In this document: one piece after another, positions 6,604 through 13,397 of the stretch
How positions within the stretch are numbered: position 1 is the first letter of the stretch
Layout of the letters: the number at the start of each line of letters is the position of its first letter
Virus record (IMG/VR): IMGVR_UViG_3300045988_138131
DNA: 31,133 nt
Direction: 5' to 3' (one strand)
Source of the DNA: a virus
The notes under the pieces: generated by a model
Told to the model about the DNA's origin: nothing
Databases searched by the model: none
Seen by the model: the letters and a program-made list of their open reading frames with translations, nothing else
Position numbers and translations under genes: made by a program

Positions 6604-8763
6604 ATGAATTTAGATACATTTTTACAAATAATGAACGTATCTAGGGACCTTACTGTCGACGAGATACTAGATATGTTTATAATATATTTAAGAAAATCAC
6701 GTAAAGATATGGACTATTATAAAGACGAGTCTATAGAAAAAACTTTACAAAGACACGAAAAAGAATTACAAGACTTTATTGTAAGTATTTTCGGTAAACC
6801 AATACCAGAACATAATATTTATAGAGAGGTAGCGTCTGGAGATACTATCGAAGATCGTCCAGTAATTCAAGAAGTATTATCTTTAATAGAAGAAGATCGT
6901 GTAAAAGGAGTTGTATGTATTGAAATAGAACGTCTAGCTCGTGGTAATACTATGGACCAGGGAATAATAGCCCAAGCTTTTCAATATTCCAATACAAAGA
7001 TAATAACTCCTATGAAAATATATAATTTAGATAACGAGGACGATTTATCTTATTTTGAAGACGGTTTATATCAAGCTAGAAAATATTTAAAATATACTAA
7101 ACGTATATTAGCTCGTGGTAGATTAAGAAGTGTTAAAGACGGTAAATACGTTGGTTCTGTATTGCCATACGGTTATAATAAACAGAAAATACCTAACGAG
7201 AAAGGTTATGTTTTAGTAGAAAATGAGTCAGAGTCTAAAGTAGTAAAATTATTAGCTGATTTATTCTTAAATGGACTAAATACTACATACACTGTTAAAG
7301 AAAACGAGATTATATCAGATATAGCTAAATTGTTTGGAGCACATAAGAAAGATATAATCACTTGTAATTTAGATTTAAAAGTAGATCAAGAAATAAGATT
7401 AACTGTTAATAGTAAATCATTACCATATAAAATAAAAGAAAATGATACCTTAGAAAGTATAGCAGCTAACTATAATATAGATATAAACAATATACATATA
7501 CCTCATAACTTTTTTAAACCAGGAGAAAATATTAAGATTATATTAAATGATATGAGAGCTACTAATATAGCACACTATCTTAATTATCTTAAAATAAAAC
7601 CTAGAAAGTCTAAAGAGTGGACCGCTAATATGGTTAGAAATATATTACAGGGTTACACTATATACGGCTATTTGACGTGGGACAGACGTAAAACTACTAA
7701 GACATTAGTAAATGGACATATTGTTAAGAAAAACCCTAATAATGACGATTTTACGCTTGTTAGAGGTAAACACGAAGCAATACTCGGCGAAGATATAAAA
7801 CAACAGATAGAAGCTAAATTTTTATCTAACAGACTTAAAACAGTGCCAGATAATAAAGAAATGAAAAACCCTTTATTAGGTTTGGTTGTATGTGGCTATT
7901 GTGGTAATAATATGACTAGACGTCCATATTATTTAAGAAAAGACGCTAAGCCTACCGCTAAACGTATTTATGATATAGATAAGCCTAAATTACGATTATT
8001 ATTAAGGGAACATAAAGGAAATTATAGTCTTAATGACATAGCTAGAGCTCTACACGTTTCTAAAAACTCTGTGGATCATTGGTTTAGTTCTAACGACGAG
8101 AAATTTTGTATACCACACGCTGATAAATGGGAGGATCTAAAAAAACTATTGAATATAGAAACAAACGAGTTTGATAAAGCAATAACTACAATAGAAGAAA
8201 GCATAACTCCACCACATACAGATACTTTAATGTGTAGTAGACCTAGATGTAAGTGTATATCAAGTGAATTAGAACTTGTAGAAGATAAAATATTAAAATC
8301 TCTTAAAATAATAATGAGTGAATATAAAAACTATGTTAATAATTATGAAGAAGCAGTAAAAAAAGAAATATGTACTAATAAGGAAATGATAGAAGCAATA
8401 GATCACGAAATAGATAAAATAAAAAGCCAAATAGAAAAGGCTTGCGAATTAGTAGAGACTGGAGCATATACTCAAGATTTATTTATTAAAAGAACTAATA
8501 CTTTAAATGAACAATTAGAAACATTATTAAATCAAAAAACAGAACTATCTAAGTCAAAAGATAGAACTAAAGATTTATATAGTAAAAAGAAAGCTATACC
8601 AATTTTAGAAGATGTTATAAGTAAATATTCAAAAGATATGACCGCAGAAGAAAAAAACGCTTTATTATCAACTATAATAAAACAAGTAATTTATAAGAAA
8701 GAAAAAGGCGGTCGATACTTAAAAGAGAATTTTTCTCTCAAGATTATATTGTTGTCTTTTTAA
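6604..8763 (+). CDS. int: Large serine recombinase (integrase)
   Basis: Resolvase-type N-terminus IIYLRKSRKD (catalytic Ser), recombinase domain (YGYNKQ...), zinc ribbon CGYCG...CSRPRCKC, C-terminal coiled coil. 719 aa. Confidence 0.85.
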   Translation: MNLDTFLQIMNVSRDLTVDEILDMFIIYLRKSRKDMDYYKDESIEKTLQRHEKELQDFIVSIFGKPIPEHNIYREVASGDTIEDRPVIQEVLSLIEEDRVKGVVCIEIERLARGNTMDQGIIAQAFQYSNTKIITPMKIYNLDNEDDLSYFEDGLYQARKYLKYTKRILARGRLRSVKDGKYVGSVLPYGYNKQKIPNEKGYVLVENESESKVVKLLADLFLNGLNTTYTVKENEIISDIAKLFGAHKKDIITCNLDLKVDQEIRLTVNSKSLPYKIKENDTLESIAANYNIDINNIHIPHNFFKPGENIKIILNDMRATNIAHYLNYLKIKPRKSKEWTANMVRNILQGYTIYGYLTWDRRKTTKTLVNGHIVKKNPNNDDFTLVRGKHEAILGEDIKQQIEAKFLSNRLKTVPDNKEMKNPLLGLVVCGYCGNNMTRRPYYLRKDAKPTAKRIYDIDKPKLRLLLREHKGNYSLNDIARALHVSKNSVDHWFSSNDEKFCIPHADKWEDLKKLLNIETNEFDKAITTIEESITPPHTDTLMCSRPRCKCISSELELVEDKILKSLKIIMSEYKNYVNNYEEAVKKEICTNKEMIEAIDHEIDKIKSQIEKACELVETGAYTQDLFIKRTNTLNEQLETLLNQKTELSKSKDRTKDLYSKKKAIPILEDVISKYSKDMTAEEKNALLSTIIKQVIYKKEKGGRYLKENFSLKIILLSF

Positions 8764-8835
8764 CTGATAACATACTTGTAAAAATGAATTGACACAATAA
8801 GTTTATCATAAATAAAAGCCACAAGTAAAATAGAG

Positions 8836-8890
8836 CAAAAAAAAAGAAAGGTAACCGACAATTATGTCGGAAACCTTCTTTTTATTTTAT
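8836..8890. terminator. Bidirectional intrinsic terminator between int and endolysin
   Basis: Inner stem ccgaca/tgtcgg with loop atta, outer stem aaggt/acctt. An A-run lies upstream and a T-run downstream. Confidence 0.7.
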
Positions 8891-8893
8891 CAT

Positions 8894-9946
8894 TTATTTT
8901 ATAGTTAATACTTGTCCTGGTTTAATTAAATTAGGGTTACTACCAATAACAGATTTATTATCATTGTAGATTTTTTGCCAAGTAGTACCATATTTAGAAG
9001 CGATACCACTTAATGTATCTCCACTCTTAACAGTATATGTTTTACTATTATTTGTAGTTGTATTAGTAGTTGTTGTTCCATTACCAGGTATTTTAATTTG
9101 TTGACCTACGTATATAAGATTAGGGTTACTTATATTATTGTAAGCAGCTAAAGTTTGATATGTAGTGCCATATTTAGAAGCAATACCACTTAATGTATCT
9201 CCAGCTTTAACTACATAAATTGTATCATTACTAGGAGCTGGTGTTGGTTGTGGTGTTGGTGTTATTGGATCTTGAGGCTTAACATCTGCGTTAGCACTAA
9301 AGCCATTTAAACCTTTTTGTTTCATAATGGCTGGGTAATCATAAAAAGCGTAGTTTTGATCTACAGTCATACCAGCTACTTTATTAGTTCTAATACGGTT
9401 AGTTTCTCCTCCAAATTGCCATAAACCACCAGCTGGGCTACTAGGCCTAGATGTTCCCCAGTTAGCTACCCATTTATCATATTTAGTTAATTGTGATAGG
9501 TCCATATAATTTTTAAACCAATTACTATTAGCATAAATACAAACATAATAACCTTTAGCTTCTAAGTATTCACAAAAACCTTTAATAGCATTTGTTACGG
9601 CTTGTTTTCCAGCTTTAGCTTGATAATAACTATCTTCTACATCAATAGCTATAGGGTACTCAAATTGTTTTCCCTTTAAGCAGTTATTATACATATATTC
9701 AGCTTCTGCTTTTCCGTTTTCGTATGTAGTTGCTCTTGAAAACCAATAAGCACCTACACCTAAGCCATTTGCTTTAGCATTTCTATAATGATTTTCAAAT
9801 TGGTTATCAACAGACTTACTAACTCCGTTACCATAACCAGTAAACCCAGCTCTTAATAAAGCAAATTTAACTCCTTCTGCTTTAGCAGTAGCTAGATTTA
9901 TTCCTCCTTGATATGTACTAATATCAATACCAAAAACTTTGTCCAT
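8894..9946 (-). CDS. Endolysin: GH25 muramidase plus two LysM domains
   Basis: [14 protein letters not shown]...GAYWFS is the GH25 signature. C-terminal [28 protein letters not shown]...GQQIKIP and [23 protein letters not shown]...GQVLTI are LysM repeats. Confidence 0.9.
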   Translation of the reverse strand: MDKVFGIDISTYQGGINLATAKAEGVKFALLRAGFTGYGNGVSKSVDNQFENHYRNAKANGLGVGAYWFSRATTYENGKAEAEYMYNNCLKGKQFEYPIAIDVEDSYYQAKAGKQAVTNAIKGFCEYLEAKGYYVCIYANSNWFKNYMDLSQLTKYDKWVANWGTSRPSSPAGGLWQFGGETNRIRTNKVAGMTVDQNYAFYDYPAIMKQKGLNGFSANADVKPQDPITPTPQPTPAPSNDTIYVVKAGDTLSGIASKYGTTYQTLAAYNNISNPNLIYVGQQIKIPGNGTTTTNTTTNNSKTYTVKSGDTLSGIASKYGTTWQKIYNDNKSVIGSNPNLIKPGQVLTIK

Positions 9947-9958
9947 AATCAGACCTCC

Positions 9959-10207
9959 TTAATTATTAGTTATTTTTTTTAAGTTATTTCCTATGTCGTA
10001 AGCGCCACCAGCTATTAAACCACTCAATGCGATAGCAACGCTAAAATCTTTAGTTATTATGAACTCTATAATTGCTACAATAACGCCGATTAAGATATTT
10101 TGTATAGGTATTAAATGATTATTAAACCAGCTTACTTTTTTAGCAATTAAGCCACATAAAAAGGTTACTACCATAGTAACCAATACAACTATTGTTTCAA
10201 GTTCCAT
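9959..10207 (-). CDS. Holin
   Basis: 82 aa with three hydrophobic segments (VVLVTMVVTFLCGLIA, ILIGVIVAIIEFII, VAIALSGLIAGGAY). Immediately upstream of the endolysin. Confidence 0.65.
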   Translation of the reverse strand: MELETIVVLVTMVVTFLCGLIAKKVSWFNNHLIPIQNILIGVIVAIIEFIITKDFSVAIALSGLIAGGAYDIGNNLKKITNN

Positions 10208-10217
10208 TTCTCACACC

Positions 10218-10526
10218 TCACTTTCTTACAATTTCTTCTAAGTTATCTATTCTATGATGTGCTGATTTAGTAGAAGCCTCAACAGCCGAAAGTCTTTCTC
10301 CGATCTGTTGCATTGACTTTGTAAACTCTTTATTATCAAGTCTTATCTCGTCAATATTCTTACTAATCATATCTAATTTTGTATCTAGTCTAGTAGATGT
10401 AGCCACTTCCTCTTTAGTCTCTTGTTTAGTGTTTTTCTTACTATTCATATAAAAAGTGGCGTAACCAATTAAGCCACCAATTATAGTAAATACTAAACCT
10501 ATAGAAATCATAGTTGAACTTTCCAT
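10218..10526 (-). CDS. Membrane-anchored coiled-coil lysis-accessory protein (XhlA-like)
   Basis: N-terminal TM ISIGLVFTIIGGLIGYATFY followed by a coiled coil (LDTKLDMISKNIDEIRLDNKEF...RIDNLEE). Located in the lysis cassette. Confidence 0.4.
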   Translation of the reverse strand: MESSTMISIGLVFTIIGGLIGYATFYMNSKKNTKQETKEEVATSTRLDTKLDMISKNIDEIRLDNKEFTKSMQQIGERLSAVEASTKSAHHRIDNLEEIVRK

Positions 10527-11056
10527 TATTTAGATCCGTCGTCTTCCTCTGGAATAGTAGGAAATTCTACTTCAAAAGGAAAGTTCTTTTGTTTTGTGAT
10601 GTCTCTTAATTCTTGACGATAAGCAGCCCATTGTCCGTTTAAGACATCTCCTAAAGAAGAAAATAATTCTTTGATAACACTTAATAAAGTTGTGGTCGTA
10701 ATGTTATCTGGTATAGTTATACCTAATCTATCAATGAGTACGTGTTTATCACTTTCTGATAACAATTTATCTCTGATAGCTCTAATTTCAGCAGCCTTAG
10801 AAGCAACAAAACTTTGTTTAGCTAATTCCTTCCAAGTATCTAAGTTGTCGTTTATGTAATCTTCTAAATCGTCTCTACTGATTATTTTTATAGCATACTC
10901 ATAATAAGTATATATTGTTTCTTCTGTACCGTCTGTAGTAGTTCTTTTAACTTCTTCTATGTCGTCAAAAAAAACAACCTCTGTTAGGTTGTCCTTAATG
11001 TCTCCAATTCTAAAGTTACCAGGTCTTATTGTGCTTTCTACTTTTTTTACTTTCAT
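10526..11056 (-). CDS. Acidic protein, tail-fibre assembly chaperone-like
   Basis: IRAIRDKLLSESDKHVLIDRL resembles the R-x-LL-x-SD motif of fibre assembly chaperones. Strong AAGGAGG RBS. Overlaps the RT 3' end by 41 nt. Confidence 0.35.
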   Translation of the reverse strand: MKVKKVESTIRPGNFRIGDIKDNLTEVVFFDDIEEVKRTTTDGTEETIYTYYEYAIKIISRDDLEDYINDNLDTWKELAKQSFVASKAAEIRAIRDKLLSESDKHVLIDRLGITIPDNITTTTLLSVIKELFSSLGDVLNGQWAAYRQELRDITKQKNFPFEVEFPTIPEEDDGSK

Positions 11057-12080
11057 TTCTTATAACCTCCTTACACAATTTATAATTAACGTACGGTTTG
11101 ATATACTTTTGTTGATAATTATACGAGTCGCAGTGTTTAAGCCACCCGCTATAACTAAGCATGGCTGCTGCGTCGTGATAGGTTATATGATCTTTCTTAG
11201 CCATTTTTTTAGCACGCCTCTTAATTCTTAAAAAGTTACTTCTTCTTAAAGTGGTATAACCTCTGTAAAAACGATAACCCAAGAAATCAAGAGGCCTAGA
11301 CTCAGTCTTGAAAAGCTGCCAGTTTTCTTTAATTGTTAGCTTTTCTTTACTCAAGAAATTGTCTATTTCTATTTTGATTTTTCTTAATTCTTTTTTGTTG
11401 TTTGAAAATAATACCATATCGTCCATATAACGTACATAGTATTTTACTTTTAATTGTTCTTTTATAAAATGATCCAAATCTTGTAAATAAAAATTCGCAA
11501 ACCATTGACTGGTAAAATTACCAATAGGAATACCAGACTCGCTACTATCAATAATTAAGTCTATAAGATTTAGTGTGTCTTTATCTTTTATAACTCTACG
11601 AAATTTATTTTTCAATATTTGTTTGTCAATACTCGGGTAAAACTTCTTAACATCAAGTTTTAAGCAATATTTAGTATGTTTTCTATCTTGTACTAATATT
11701 TTTTTAATATGTCTCATACCACGCATAATACCTCTACCTTTTATAGAAGCACAACAGAACTCATACATACCTTTCATAATAATTGGCTCTAATTGAAGCA
11801 TTAAAGCCCAGTGTATTACCTGGTCTGGGTAAAAGCGAGGCTTATAAATAATTCTTTCTTTTTTATTAGCACCGTCTCTTATTTTCATTTCTACATATTT
11901 ATTAGGTACATAAGTTTTATTTATTAAAGCTTGTTGTACTTGCATAGCGTAATATGTAGGAGAGTCGAGTATTTTTTCAACACTTTTACGGTTGCCTTTA
12001 CCTTTACTAGCTCTGTAAATAGCAGTTTCAATATTGTTTAAATCTGTGATTTTTTCATAAATGTTACCTTTTCTTTTCAT
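11016..12080 (-). CDS. DGR reverse transcriptase
   Basis: PIGNFTSQ is the DGR-specific (I/V/L)GxxxSQ motif and YVRYMDDMVLF is the YxDD catalytic box. 354 aa, directly downstream of the TR array. Confidence 0.92.
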   Translation of the reverse strand: MKRKGNIYEKITDLNNIETAIYRASKGKGNRKSVEKILDSPTYYAMQVQQALINKTYVPNKYVEMKIRDGANKKERIIYKPRFYPDQVIHWALMLQLEPIIMKGMYEFCCASIKGRGIMRGMRHIKKILVQDRKHTKYCLKLDVKKFYPSIDKQILKNKFRRVIKDKDTLNLIDLIIDSSESGIPIGNFTSQWFANFYLQDLDHFIKEQLKVKYYVRYMDDMVLFSNNKKELRKIKIEIDNFLSKEKLTIKENWQLFKTESRPLDFLGYRFYRGYTTLRRSNFLRIKRRAKKMAKKDHITYHDAAAMLSYSGWLKHCDSYNYQQKYIKPYVNYKLCKEVIRNESKKSRKHNKTW

Positions 12081-12227
12081 AATTAAATCTAGTCCTTATA
12101 ATTCTTATATTTGCCTACCGCTTTTTCGAGAAATTCTATATTTCAAGAGATAAACCTACTAGAGCAGCCTAGAACGACTAATTTTTAGCAAGCGCTAAGG
12201 AAAATGATGTGTAAGGATCTTTAATGT

Positions 12228-13313
12228 AAGTAGTCGAGCTCCGTTGTTGGTACTCGTAACAGCTGAGTCATTGCTACAGTTCCAATACCACAAACCACAA
12301 CGAGAAAAGTCCCAAAACATACCGCCGACAAGAGCCGAAAGTATGAACAACAGAACTACACACACCAAGTCCCACATAATATAAGTGGTCGAGCTCCGTT
12401 GTTGATGTTCGAATTAGCTGAGTCGTTGTTACAATTCCAACACCACAAACCACAACGAGAAATATCAGGCCAAGCACCGCCGACAAGACTCGAAAGGTAA
12501 ACAACCGAAACACACACACCAAGTCCCAATTATACAAGTGGTCGAGCTCCGATGTTGTCGTTATAATCAGCCGAAGTGTTATTCAACGTCCAACACCACA
12601 AACCACAATAACTACCATTGAGCCAGCGACCGCCGACAAGAGAAGTAGTCAAGAGTAAGGAGCACACACACCAGATCCCTTTATTAAATTAAGTAGTCGA
12701 GCTCCGACTGTGGTAGCAGCCAAACTGGAGTCATTATTACAATTCCAATACCACAAACCACAATAAAGTGCGTCGTTCCATTTACCGCCGACAAGAGCGA
12801 ACTAACAACGCAATAGCCGAAACACACACATCAAGTCCCACAACAATACAAGTGGTCGAGCTCCGATGTCGTCCCACACAATACTAGAGTCGTCGTTGCA
12901 ATGCCAATACCACAAACCAGCACTAGCTGCATTGGCGTAACCACCGCCGACACGAACGACTAAAAGGGAAACATCGAAACGTACACACCAAGTCCCACAA
13001 TAATACAAGTGGTCGAGCTCCGACCGAAGAACTGTAAAACCCAAAGTCTCCAAGACAACGCCAGTCAGAGATACCACAAAAAGAGTGATCACTCCAACTA
13101 CCGCCGACAAGAGCAAGCGAGAAAAGTAAAGGCCGAAACGCACACACCAGATCCCTTATCAAATTAAGTGGTCGAGCTCCGATCTGGTCCCCAGCGTCAG
13201 AAGATAGACTCAAAAAAGCAAAGTCAAACCAACCACACTGAGAAGACTCATACCAGCGACCGCCGACACGAGCGACTAACAAGAGAAAATCGAAGCTTAC
13301 ACATCAAGTCCCA
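12228..13313 (-). repeat. Array of seven tandem TR-like cassettes (U1-U7), period 153-159 bp
   Basis: 101-bp cores at 12233-12333, 12388-12488, 12541-12641, 12696-12796, 12855-12955, 13012-13112 and 13171-13271. All are bounded on the - strand by TGTCGGCGGT...CGGAGCTCGAC and separated by 38-44-nt leaders plus 8-11-nt AT-rich spacers. Confidence 0.9.
12388..12488 (-). other. DGR template repeat (TR; cassette U2)
   Basis: Gap-free 101-bp alignment to VR with 9 mismatches, all at TR adenines on the - strand. In frame it reads NCNNDSANSNINN using AAY codons. Confidence 0.9.
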
Positions 13314-13397
13314 TTTTTTAAATGGCGCGTCGCCGACTTAAAGTCGGTATATAATTTAATTTATTTTATGGGAGGCTGGCCGCCCCCAAACCCCCGC
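13311..13397 (-). promoter_or_regulatory. GC-rich island and three short palindromes downstream of VR (candidate target-recognition hairpin / terminator)
   Basis: gggaggctggccgcccccaaacccccgc (13370-13397), ccgacttaaagtcgg (13333-13347), ggcgcgtcgcc (13324-13334), ccattttttaaatgg (13311-13325). Confidence 0.4.

Noticed and set aside
10218-10526. The 102-aa ORF as the missing Avd accessory protein
   Set aside because: It has an N-terminal transmembrane segment and a coiled coil, and it sits in the lysis cassette. Avd proteins are soluble, basic four-helix bundles.
12233-12333. U1 as a second VR diversified from the U2 template
   Set aside because: U1 differs from U2 at many positions where U2 is not adenine (for example GCT TGG CCT versus ATG TTT TGG, TGT versus TAT, TCG versus ACG). 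It is also not attached to a target-gene body.
12228-13313. CRISPR array
   Set aside because: The units are homologous along their whole length (paralogous cores plus leaders), rather than short constant repeats separated by unique spacers. The period of about 155 bp is wrong and there are no cas genes.
13370-13397. G-quadruplex in the GC-rich island after VR
   Set aside because: There are only two G5 tracts plus short GG runs on the - strand, which is not enough for a canonical four-tract quadruplex.
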